Part shown: piece after piece, positions 40,629 to 50,384 of the stretch
Layout: the number at the start of each line of letters is the position of its first letter
Numbering within the stretch: the stretch's first letter is position 1
NCBI GenBank assembly: GCA_963757855.1
Contig: CAVWTI010000037.1
Span: forward strand, 13,688 to 77,687
Length of the DNA: 64,000 bases
Reading direction: 5' to 3'
DNA from: an uncultured Gemmatimonadales bacterium
Lineage (GTDB): Bacteria; Gemmatimonadota; Gemmatimonadetes; Gemmatimonadales; Gemmatimonadaceae
Program-made: the position numbers and the translations under genes
Notes under the pieces: generated by a model
What the model was told of the DNA's origin: nothing
The model's input: the letters and a program-made list of their open reading frames with translations, nothing else
Databases searched by the model: none

Positions 40629-41393
40629 CTACTCGGACGCACCACTGGTGGGCGAAACAATCGACCGGAGCACGGGCGCGAGTCCGCCCCACAGGGTCGC
40701 GGCAACAATTCGCTCGCCTTTGACATTGGGATGGATCCCGTCAGCCTGGTTCAGCGCCGGCTGCGCGGCGACCCCCGTGAGCAGGAACGGGAGCAAGGTC
40801 GCCCCCTCGGCCCGCGCTGCAGCCGGGTACACCTCATGGAATGCTCGCGTATACGACGGTCCCATGTTTGGGGGCGCCTCCATTTGCACGAGACAGATCC
40901 GGGCGTTCGGACGCTCCCGCTTCACTTTGGCGATCGCGGCCTCGATGTTGGCGCGCAGCGAGTCCGGGTCCAATCCCCGCAACCCGTCATTGGCGCCGGT
41001 CTCCAGCACGAACACGTCGATCGGACCACGAAGGAGCCAATCGAGCCGCCGAAGCGCGCCCGCGGACGTCTCGCCGCTCAACCCGGCATTCCGCACGGTG
41101 AACGGCAGCCCGGCCGAATCGATCTTCTGCTGCAGCAGCGCGGGATACGATTGGTCCGGATCGAGTCCCAGCCCAGCCGTGAGACTCGTCCCGACAATCA
41201 GCACCGTGTGAGCCGCCGCCGGCGGCGTGGCCGTGTCACCCGACGTAGTTTGGGAGTCGTGCGCACCAGCCCGTGCGCCGCCGCCACAGGCGACGGCGAT
41301 CGCCCCGGCGACGAGCATGGCCGCGATCGGCCTCCCCTGTGACCGATGCCGCCCGCGGCGCTCCATCCATGTCCGCCCTGAGCGTCTCTCCAT
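40629..41393 (-). CDS. SGNH/GDSL-family arylesterase / lysophospholipase (TesA-like) lipoprotein
   Basis: ...PIAAMLVAGAIAVACGG (lipobox). Block I LIVGTSLTAG, block II RNAGLSGETS, block III ETGANDGL, block V DGIHPN. Only the last 254 aa of ORF 40629..42143 are used. It is transcribed divergently from the ABC genes, as in E. coli tesA/ybbA-ybbP. Confidence 0.8.
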   Translation of the reverse strand: MERRSGRTWMERRGRHRSQGRPIAAMLVAGAIAVACGGGARAGAHDSQTTSGDTATPPAAAHTVLIVGTSLTAGLGLDPDQSYPALLQQKIDSAGLPFTVRNAGLSGETSAGALRRLDWLLRGPIDVFVLETGANDGLRGLDPDSLRANIEAAIAKVKRERPNARICLVQMEAPPNMGPSYTRAFHEVYPAAARAEGATLLPFLLTGVAAQPALNQADGIHPNVKGERIVAATLWGGLAPVLRSIVSPTSGASE

Positions 41394-41411
41394 GACCCGA
41401 TACATAAGCGA

Positions 41412-42128
41412 ATGCTCGCCGCCCGCGACCTGACCAAGCAATACCATAGTGGTGAGACGCTGTTGTCGGCACTCGATCGCGTGTCGTTTGACATTCCGGA
41501 CGGCGCCTATGTCGCCATTGTCGGACCGTCCGGTAGTGGGAAGACGACGCTCCTCGGATTGCTGGCCGGTCTCGACACTCCCACCCATGGCACCACCATT
41601 CTTGACGGGACCGACCTCGCATCGCTGAGCGAGGACGCGCGCGCACGTCTCCGTGCCGAGAAGGTGGGATTCGTCTTTCAGAGCTTTCAGCTCCTGCCCA
41701 CGCTCACCGCGCTCGAGAATGTCGCGGTCCCGCTCGAGCTGCGCGGCGACCCAGGCGCCGAGCCGGCGGCTCGCGATGCACTCGCGCGCGTGGGACTCAC
41801 CGCACGGGCCAGCCACTTCCCCGCGCAGCTCTCCGGGGGCGAGCAACAGCGCGTCGCGATCGCGCGCGCCTTCGCAAATCATCCGAGCGTCCTCTTCGCC
41901 GACGAACCCACCGGTAATCTCGACGCCGCCAGCGGAGCGCTGGTGATCGAACTGCTCGAGTCCCTCAACCGGGAATCGGGTTCCACAGTAGTGCTGGTGA
42001 CGCATGACCTGGCGCTCGCCGCGCGCGCCAACCGAGTCATCCGGCTCGGCGACGGGCGCATCGTCTCCGACACGCCCTCGAACGGATCGGCCACCCGCCC
42101 GGACGCCGCCTCGCCAGCCCGCGCATGA
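41412..42128 (+). CDS. ABC transporter ATP-binding protein (YbbA/LolD-like)
   Basis: Walker A GPSGSGKTT, signature LSGGEQQR, Walker B LFADEPTGNLD. Confidence 0.9.
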   Translation: MLAARDLTKQYHSGETLLSALDRVSFDIPDGAYVAIVGPSGSGKTTLLGLLAGLDTPTHGTTILDGTDLASLSEDARARLRAEKVGFVFQSFQLLPTLTALENVAVPLELRGDPGAEPAARDALARVGLTARASHFPAQLSGGEQQRVAIARAFANHPSVLFADEPTGNLDAASGALVIELLESLNRESGSTVVLVTHDLALAARANRVIRLGDGRIVSDTPSNGSATRPDAASPARA

Positions 42129-44767
42129 CGGCGCGGCGCCCATGGCGTTCCCTCGCCCGGCTCACGTGGCGGGAAAGCCGGACGATGCGGAGCCGGCTGC
42201 TCCTCTACATGTCGTCGGTCTCACTCGGCATTGGGGCGCTGGTCGCGATCGATTCGTTTTCCGCCAACGTGCTGGCGTCGGTGGCCGAGAGCTCGCGGTC
42301 CCTGCTCGGCGGCGACCTGGCCCTACTCTCGCGGCAGCCTCTCGCGACCACGGCGGCGCAACTGGCGGATTCGCTCCAGCACTCGGGCGCCCGCGAGGCC
42401 CTCGTCACCACGTTCCCATCGATGGCGGCCGTACACCGCAGCGGCCGGACACGCCTCGCGCAGATTCGCGCGGTCAGTGACGCCTACCCGCTGGTCGGAC
42501 AGGTCACAACAGACCCGGCAGGCGCGTGGTCCCAGCTCCATGCGGGCGATCGCGCCATCGTGGATCCGTCCCTCCTCGCCACGCTCGATGCGCGGGTCGG
42601 TGATTCACTCACGCTCGGCTACACACGATTCGAGATCGTTGGCACCATCCGCGCCGTTCCCGGCGACGCCGGCATCGCCGCGGCCATCGGCCCGCGCGTC
42701 TTCATCCCCGACCGCGACCTGGGCGCCACCCGGCTTCTGGTCACGGGCGCACGCGCCGACTACAAGACGCTGATCGCGCTGCCCACGAGCGTGGCTCCGG
42801 TCGCGGCCCGCTGGCTCGCGCGCGAGCGGCACGCACTGGCCCCGCAGCGCGTGCGGATCCAGACCGTCGCCGATGCCGAGGCCAACCTCACCAGCGCGAT
42901 TGGACGATTGACGGATTTTCTCGGCGTCCTCGGTGTCGTCGCGCTGTTGCTTGGCGGGATCGGCGTCGCCAGCGGGATCACGGCCTTCGTCGCGCGCAAG
43001 GCCGAAGCGGCGGCGATTCTGCGCTGCCTCGGTGCGACGGGCTGGCAGGTGCTGGCCATCTACGTCACCCAAGCCGCCGTCATGGGATTGGTGGGCGCCA
43101 TCATCGGCGTCATCATCGGTGGCGGCATTCAACTCGCCCTGCCCAACGCCGTACGGGATTTCCTGCCACTGGGCGTCTCGATCGAATTGGTCCCGCGCGC
43201 TATGCTGGTGGGGCTCGTAACCGGACTATGGATCGCGCTGCTATTTGCGATCCGTCCACTGCTTGCCCTGCGCCGGGTGTCGCCGCTACAGGCACTGCGG
43301 CGCCACGTGGAGACCGGACCCGGCGTGAGTGGCGCCTCGGCGCGACGCGATCCCGCAGTGTGGGCCGCGGGCGCCGCCATCGGGGCGACTGTCCTCGGGA
43401 TCGCGATCGCGCGCGCGCCGGCACCGCGAACCGGAGTGGCGACTGCCGCGGGCATCGCGGTCGTCCTGGGCATCCTGTGGATCGCCGCCAGTGGGCTCGC
43501 TGCACTGGCCCGGCGACTCCCACGCGCGCGCTGGCCCTACGTGCTCCGCCAGGGCATCGCCAACCTGCACCGGCCGGCGAATCAGACCCGCGCGGTGGTG
43601 CTCGCGCTCGGGTTTGGCGTCTTTCTGATCTCGACGCTCGCTCTGGTGCAGTCGGCGCTGCTCCACGAGTTCACCGTGACGACGGACTCGTCGCGCGCGA
43701 ATCTCCTGTTTTTCGACGTACAGGACGACCAGGTGCTCGCCACCGACTCCATCGTGCGCGCGGCCGGACATACCGTCGTCGAGCAGACGCCGATCGTGAC
43801 CATGCGTATTGCGGCCATCAACGGGACCCCCGTATCAGCCGCGGCCGTGGCTCCCGGCGATGCGGCGGATACGACGGACAGCGCCGCGCCCGATCCCGCG
43901 CAACGCCGCGGCAACCGGCGGTCCGGCGGGCCCCGGCGGGCCGCATGGGCCCTCCGCCGCGAATACCGGTCGACGTATCGGGACACACTCGTCTCGACGG
44001 AACGGCTCGTCGGGGGCCGCTGGCTGGGTCACGCCACGGAGGGCGACTCGGTTGCCCCGGTGTCGTTCGAGAGCGATGTCGCCAAGGAGCTGGGCGTGAC
44101 CATCGGCGATCGCGTCACGTGGGATGTCCAGGGCGTACCGGTGCACTCGCGCATCACGAGCTTCCGTGATGTGGATTGGGCGAGGTTCGAGCCCAATTTC
44201 TTCGTCGTGTTCCCGGCCGGTGTGCTCGAGCACGCGCCGAAGCAGTATGTGTTGCTCGCCGACGTCCAAACCGCGGCTGCCACGGCCAGCCTGCAGCGCA
44301 CGATCGGAGAGCGCTACCCCAACATCTCGAGCGTCGATCTCTCGCTCATCCGCGATACGGTCAACGGGATACTCCAGAAAATCACGCTCGCGATCCGGTT
44401 TCTCTCCGTGTTCTGCCTGCTCATGGGAATTCCGGTCCTGTTCAGCGCCGTCGCCGCCACGCGCCGCGAACGTATCCGCGAGAGCGTGCTGCTCAAGACC
44501 CTGGGCGCGTCGCGCGCCCAGGTGACCCGCATCATGGTGGCCGAGTACGCGATGCTGGGCGTCCTGGCCAGCGTGGCAGGGACCCTGCTGTCGGTGGGAG
44601 GGGCGTGGCTCCTGGTGCATTTCATCTTCGAGGCGCCGTTCGTGCCGGCGTTCGGGCCGCCGGTCCTGATCGCACTGGCCAGCGCCGTGCTCACGATCGT
44701 GATCGGTGTCGCGGGAAGCCGGTCCGCGTTCGCATCGACGCCCCTCGAGATGCTGCGCGCGGAGTAA
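42125..44767 (+). CDS. FtsX-family ABC transporter permease (YbbP-like, duplicated FtsX domains)
   Basis: ATGA overlap with the ATPase gene. 880 aa. Two blocks of about 4 TM segments each follow large extracytoplasmic regions. The frame is intact. Confidence 0.85.
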   Translation: MTARRPWRSLARLTWRESRTMRSRLLLYMSSVSLGIGALVAIDSFSANVLASVAESSRSLLGGDLALLSRQPLATTAAQLADSLQHSGAREALVTTFPSMAAVHRSGRTRLAQIRAVSDAYPLVGQVTTDPAGAWSQLHAGDRAIVDPSLLATLDARVGDSLTLGYTRFEIVGTIRAVPGDAGIAAAIGPRVFIPDRDLGATRLLVTGARADYKTLIALPTSVAPVAARWLARERHALAPQRVRIQTVADAEANLTSAIGRLTDFLGVLGVVALLLGGIGVASGITAFVARKAEAAAILRCLGATGWQVLAIYVTQAAVMGLVGAIIGVIIGGGIQLALPNAVRDFLPLGVSIELVPRAMLVGLVTGLWIALLFAIRPLLALRRVSPLQALRRHVETGPGVSGASARRDPAVWAAGAAIGATVLGIAIARAPAPRTGVATAAGIAVVLGILWIAASGLAALARRLPRARWPYVLRQGIANLHRPANQTRAVVLALGFGVFLISTLALVQSALLHEFTVTTDSSRANLLFFDVQDDQVLATDSIVRAAGHTVVEQTPIVTMRIAAINGTPVSAAAVAPGDAADTTDSAAPDPAQRRGNRRSGGPRRAAWALRREYRSTYRDTLVSTERLVGGRWLGHATEGDSVAPVSFESDVAKELGVTIGDRVTWDVQGVPVHSRITSFRDVDWARFEPNFFVVFPAGVLEHAPKQYVLLADVQTAAATASLQRTIGERYPNISSVDLSLIRDTVNGILQKITLAIRFLSVFCLLMGIPVLFSAVAATRRERIRESVLLKTLGASRAQVTRIMVAEYAMLGVLASVAGTLLSVGGAWLLVHFIFEAPFVPAFGPPVLIALASAVLTIVIGVAGSRSAFASTPLEMLRAE

Positions 44768-44850
44768 CCGGGCGGATTCCGGACCTTCCGGGGCCCCGGG
44801 CGCGTTACACCACCCTGTCCCGGGCGTCCTCCCCGATAAGGAGGCATGGA

Positions 44851-46805
44851 ATGACCGCGACGACGGTTGCAGACATTGAATCCCGGCCAATGACGTGGGA
44901 GCAATACCACGAGTCGGGTCGTCGCCGTTTTGCCGAGGGCGATGCGGCTGGCGCAGAGCAAGCTTTCCGGGGTGCGATCGCGGAAGCGGAGCAGCCGGGT
45001 GGCGATCCCCTCCAGATGGCGTCGAGCCTGAGCAGCCTGGGGCAACTCAAGTATCAGCAAAAGGACTACGCCCAGGCGGAGGACTGTTTTCGGCGCGCGC
45101 TCGAATTGCGCGAACAGGCGCTCGGCGGTGATCACCCGACGGTGATCAGCAGCATCAACAACCTGGCGGCGCTGTACGTCGCGCGCGGCGCACTGGATGA
45201 TGCGGAGCCGCTGCTGCAGCGCGCGATGGCTGTCACGATCAAGCGGGTCGAGGCGAGCCAGGCGGACCTCGCGGTCAATCTCAACAACCTGGTGCGGCTG
45301 TACGTGAAGCGTGGCGACTACTCGCGCGCCGAGCCGATGCTGACGCAGCTATTGGCGATGAAGCGCCCGCTGGGTCCCGAGCATCCCGAAGTCGCGGCAG
45401 TGCTGGTCACGCTCGCGAAACTGCGGCAGTCGATGGCGCAGCCGGATGCGGCCGAGCGGATCTGGCGCCGCGTGCTCGCCGTGCGCGAGCGCACACTGCC
45501 GGCCAATGACACGACGATCGCTGCGACGCTGGACGGCCTGGCCGATGCCTGCGCCGCGCAGGGTCGTCTCGCCGATGAGCTCGAGATGCGTGAGCGGTCA
45601 CTGGCGATCCGCGAAGTGGCACAGGGTCCCGACCATCCGTCGCTGCCAGCGATCCGGACGCGAGTCGCGGAGCTTCGGCAGATCGCGCCACCGAGGGTGA
45701 TCGATCCACCGGGCACCGCGCCGCAGCGGGTGTCCTCACCCGTCAACGCACCGCGCCGGTCGAGTGGCGCTAGCGCCAACGTGTTCCAGGGTCCGATCGC
45801 GCCCACGATCGTCACTAAACCAGAACGGGCACGCCTGTCGAATCCCGGCACCACCGTGTTGCCGTCCTCAGCATCTCCGGGGGGCCGGTCGGCCGCACTT
45901 CGGCACCCGCCAGGCGGGCGTCGGCCGAGATGCTGGTCAAGCGCGCGTCGGGAGAGGCGCCGTCGGCGCCGCTGCCGATGGCTACCCCGGCGGAATCCGC
46001 TCGGGTGTCCGGCGCCGTTGCGCCCGAGACTGGCCGCGTGTCCGGTGCGGTGATGCCCGAGGCGGCCCGCGTGTCGGGTGCGGTTGTGCCCGAGGCAGGC
46101 CGCGTGTCGGGCTCGGGATCCGCATCACGAAGCCAGGACATCGAGCTGAGTGTGTCGCCGACGCCGTCGGGTGCGGCGTCAGCGCCGGTGGCGCAGCGCC
46201 GTCAGCCTGAGCTCAGCGAGATCGCCACGCGGAAGCGTGGGTTCCATTTGTCGGCCGACCGCGCCGCCGCGGACCTTGCACAGCCGGTCAAGGTCGTGAA
46301 TCCCGGGCGAGGCAAGAAGATCGCGATCGCGGTCGCCGCCGTGCTGGCGATTGCGGCCGTGGTGCTCTTGACGTTCGGCCGAGACATGCTGGGCGGATTG
46401 CTGGGTGAGCCGCCGGCGCCTGCCGTCGCGACATTGCCCGCGCCGGCGAATGCGGCAATGAACGCTGCGCCTCCCTCGAGTGCCCCCGCGGGCACACCGC
46501 CCGCCGGTGGCGTGCAGAGCGCGGGTGCGGGGACGTCGCATGGAACCGCCTCGACGGTTGCATATCCGTCCGCCGTTCCCGCCCGGGCGGCATTTCAGAC
46601 GTCGGTGACGCCGGCGTCCGCCAAGCCCGAGCCCGCGCATGCGAAGGCGTCTGCCGCCCAGGCTTCGGCGGCAGGTGCGAAGCCGGCCAACGCGACCGAC
46701 GCGCCGCCTCCCGTCCCGACAGTCAACGTGGACGCGGCGACGCACTCGATCGACGAGGCGACGAAGGCCACATCGCAGAAGCCGAAGGCCAACACTCCGT
46801 TTTGA
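44851..46805 (+). CDS. TPR-repeat (kinesin-light-chain-like) protein with repeat-rich linker and C-terminal TM segment; probable frameshift near 45890
   Basis: aaggagg RBS at 44838-44844. Repeated ...A(E/D)xxxxRAL(A/E)(I/L)RE..LG.DHP... units. After the frame switch: KKIAIAVAAVLAIAAVVLLTFG (TM segment) and an Ala/Pro-rich tail. Confidence 0.65.
46002..46115. repeat. ~3.5 x 33-bp in-frame tandem repeat (RVSGAVxPExx) inside the TPR gene
   Basis: RVSGAVAPETG RVSGAVMPEAA RVSGAVVPEAG RVSGS. The units begin at 46002, 46035, 46068 and 46101. Confidence 0.85.
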
Positions 46806-47055
46806 CCGCGTGGCAGGCTCTCGCGACGCGACGCCGTCGGCTGGCAGCGGGACCGCCAGCGTTTCGCGCGCCGAGTCAGCCGAGCGCGATCGGCAGCAAC
46901 GACATATGTTTACACAGATGTTCGCGGCGGCCCCGGGTGCCTGGATTGCTCCCTGCGGGCCGTAGCGTTTCTTTCTACCGAAAGGATCTTCATATCGATA
47001 GGCGCGGTCTAATGCCCTATCCCACGGGCCCGGGCCGCACCTTTCTGCCATCCGT

Positions 47056-47839
47056 ATGATGTCCCTGCTCTCGTCGGTCTTCGCGAATCCACTGGTATTC
47101 GCCGGCGCCGCCATTTTTGCATTGGCGGTGGTGGTGTACGCTGTGGTGCGATTGATCTTCAGGTGGCGGGCGGCTCGCGAACTCGAGCCCAACGAGCCTC
47201 CGCCGCTCCTCATCCCCGTGCAGCGGCGTGGGAGCGAGGCACCGCGGCCCCCGATGCGCAGTGTCCTCGAAGGTCCGACCGCGCCACTCGGCGGTGGGCT
47301 TGCGGCGTCGGCCAACGGGGCAAACCTGGCGCTCGGCTACGCGTCGGGCGGTGGTCCCCGCTATGGCACGCCGCCCGGGGGAAACGGATCCGCCGCCGCG
47401 GTGGCGCACAGTGCGCCGCAGGCCGCGGGGGGTCCGGCGCGTGCCAATGGCGCGACGCCGGCCAGCAAAGTCGTGCACGAGGTCCCGCCCATGGACGGGA
47501 CGCTGCAGTTTCTGCCGGGCCGCCTCGAAGTCGTGGACGGCGAGTCGCCTGGGCGCGACATCCGATTCGTGCGGACGTGGGGTGAGGAACCAGAGATCAC
47601 ATTCGGGCGCGTCACCGGTCCGCCGTATCGCCACGTGCAACTCCGGTCACAGACCGTGAGCCGCCAGCACGCGCGCATGCAATACGTCGACGGCCGGTGG
47701 AAGCTCACGAACCTGTCGCAGACCAACCCGGTCCTCATCAACGGTCAGGCGCTCGACTCCGCGCATGGAAACCGCGTGCTTCGTGACGGGGACCAGATCG
47801 AGAATGGGGGAGGTAGTCTTCCGCTACCGGGAGCGGTAG
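47056..47839 (+). CDS. membrane-anchored FHA-domain protein (3' end restored across a 1-nt insertion at 47803/47804)
   Basis: MMSLLSSVFANPLVFAGAAIFALAVVVYAVV (TM segment). FHA core ITFGRVTGPPYRHVQLRSQTVSRQHARMQYVDGRWKLTNLSQTNPVLINGQAL. The +1 frame after ...LRDGDQIE reads MGEVVFRYRER* (a canonical FHA C-terminus), with its stop (tag) at 47837-47839. Confidence 0.7.
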
Positions 47840-47841
47840 CC

Positions 47842-50384
47842 GTGTCGCAGGAAGCGACGCTCGCCGAGATTCGCGAGCTCGAATCAGACTACGAGATACT
47901 CGGCGAGCTGGGACGTGGCGGGATGGCCGTGGTGTATCTCGCGCGCGATCGCCAGCTCGGACGCCAGGTCGCCATCAAGGTGATTCACGCGGCGGCGAAT
48001 GTCGACGAGCAGATGGTGGCCCGCCAGCTCGCCGAAGCCCGCACCGTCGCCCAGCTGCAGCACCCGAACGTGGTCGCGATGTACGCCGTGAAACGGCTCT
48101 CGACGCTCGGGCTCGCGCTCGTCATGCAGTACGTGCCCGGCCGAACGCTCGAGCGCGCGCTGCGAGAGGATGGTCCGTTCGCGCCGGAACGCGCCGAAGC
48201 AGTGCTGAGTGATATCGCGGCGGCGCTCGCCTACGCTCACGCCCGCGGGGTCATCCATCGGGACATCAAGCCCGACAACGTGTTCCTGAATGACGACACG
48301 GGCCGGGCGCTGCTGTCCGATTTCGGCATCGCGCTGTCCGCCGAAGACGGCCGCCAGCAGCCGACCGACATGATCGTAGGCACGCCCGCCTACATGTCGC
48401 CGGAGCAAATCGATGGCGCCGAGCTGGATGGGCGGAGCAATGTGTTCGGTCTGGGATTGATCGGGTACGAGATGCTGGCTGGCCAGCGCCCGGGACTCGA
48501 CGACGGCATCTCCGACGTGATGTACCGGCAGAAGTTCGAGATGTTGCCGCCGCTGGCAGAGATCCGGCCGGATACGCCGGTCCGGCTGCGTGCCGCCATC
48601 GAGCGCGCATTGGCCAAGGGGCGCGACGAGCGCTGGCCGGCGGCCGCGAATTTTCTCGACGCGCTCACGGACGACGAGTGGGTCCCGGACGTTCCGGCTC
48701 CTGGCGCCCCGGCCGCGATTGGGACGACTGGCCCGCAGCGGGCAATTACGTCGACGCCAATTCGGAGCCAGACGCCAGCGGCCTCGAACACGCCGCTCAA
48801 CACCGTGCAGTACCGGCGGGATCCCGAGACCACGCCGCGCCGATCGCAGCCCTCGTTTCGGCCACCGGGTCCCCCGCCCGCGCGGCGGTATCTGGCCCTG
48901 GTGATCCCGGCCGTGCTGGTCGCGGCCGTGGCTGCGGCCATGGTGACCCACCCCGAGTTTCTGGCGCGGGCGACGGGGCTCGGCCACCGGGCGGCGGACG
49001 ACAGCCTGCAGCGCGCGCAGGAGCTGGAGCTCGAAAGCGCCCGGGATTCGGAGAATCGCTTGACCGCCGAGGCGGCACGCGTGGCGGCAGACAGCGCGGC
49101 GGCGGCAGCGACGTCGAGTAAGGATTCGGCCGAGGCGATCCGGGTGGCCATTGCGCGCGATTCACTGGTGGCAATGCGTGATTCGCTGGCGAAACTCTCG
49201 CGGAAGCCGCCGGTCGTGGCGTCGGGCACCGTCACGCGCACGCCGGTACCGGCGCGTGACAGCGTGACGACGCCCGCGGCGGCGCCGGAGCCACCGGCAC
49301 CGATCCACGCGCCCGCCCCGCCATCCGTCGTTGCCGGGGGGACGCACACCTGCGCGCTCAACGCTGATGGCGCCGTCTCCTGTTGGGGGGGTGACGACCG
49401 GGGCCAGCTCGGCATCGGAAGCACGGCGCGCGAGGCGGCGCCGACGCGTATCAGCGGGGATGTGGCATACAGCCAGGTCGCGGCGGGCATCGCGCACACC
49501 TGCGGCGTGTCCAGGACCGGCGCCGCTTATTGCTGGGGCGACAACACCTATGGCCAGCTGGGAAACGGCCAGTCCGGCGATTCGAGCGGCAACGGGCATC
49601 TCGCGCCAACCCGCGTGGGGGGGGCTCACACCTTCCGGACGGTGGCGATCGGGACGACCCATTCGTGTGGCCTGACGACCAACGGCGAAGTCCTCTGTTG
49701 GGGGCGTAACCTGTACGGCCAACTCGGGGATGGGAGTACGCAGGACCGATCCACGCCGGTGCGGGTCGAAAGCACGGTGCGGTTCGTGACCTTGACGGTG
49801 GGGTGGAACCATTCGTGCGCCCTGGATGCGGTGGGCCAGGCCTATTGCTGGGGACAGAACGCCTCCGGGCAGCTGGGAGATGGTACGACCATCGTCCGGG
49901 CCGTCCCGACGCCGGTCGCGGGCGGTGGACTGTTTCGTGCGATCGCTGCCGGCGGTTCGCACACCTGCGCACTCTCCACCGTTGGGCAGGCATACTGCTG
50001 GGGGCGGAACATGGCCGGTCAACTTGGGACGGACGACGGACGGGATCACGCGGTGCCCACGAAAGTGTCGAGCGCCCTGGTTTACACGGACATCACTGCC
50101 GGGGGCGTGCATAGCTGCGCCCTGACTGCGACCGGTGAAGCCGATTGCTGGGGAAGAAACAGCTACGGCCAATTGGGTGATGGGTCCACGATCCGACCGC
50201 CCGGTGCCGGTGAAAGTGCACGGCGGGGTGTCGTTCGTCGCCATTCATGCCAGTGGCGCCCATACCTGCGGCACATCCACCAGCGGAACGGCGTATTGCT
50301 GGGGTAACAATAGCGACGGCCAACTCGGCGACGGCACGACCGACCGACCGGTCGGAACCCACACCGGTCAGCGGAGCCCGATAA
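47842..50384 (+). CDS. Ser/Thr protein kinase with TM segment and extracytoplasmic 7-bladed RCC1-like propeller; 2 frameshifts near the 3' end
   Basis: GTG 47842. YEILGELGRGGMAVVYLARD...VAIKV...HRDIKPDNVFL...DFGIA...GTPAYMSPE (Hanks motifs). TM segment YLALVIPAVLVAAVAAAMV. Seven copies of xCWGxNxxGQLGxG. Frame switches at about 50188-50192 and 50345-50352. The stop (taa) at 50382-50384 overlaps the next ATG. Confidence 0.85.

Noticed and set aside
40629-42143. 504-aa ORF 40629..42143
   Set aside because: Only the last 254 aa (the SGNH esterase) are coding. The upstream half is antisense to the ABC ATPase gene, whose Walker motifs are unambiguous.
47056-50307. 1083-aa FHA-kinase-RCC1 single ORF
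   Set aside because: A canonical FHA C-terminus plus stop appears in the +1 frame, and a kinase start codon follows immediately. The fusion depends on one extra A at 47803/47804. The listed 3' end (50307) is likewise produced by a frameshift near 50190.
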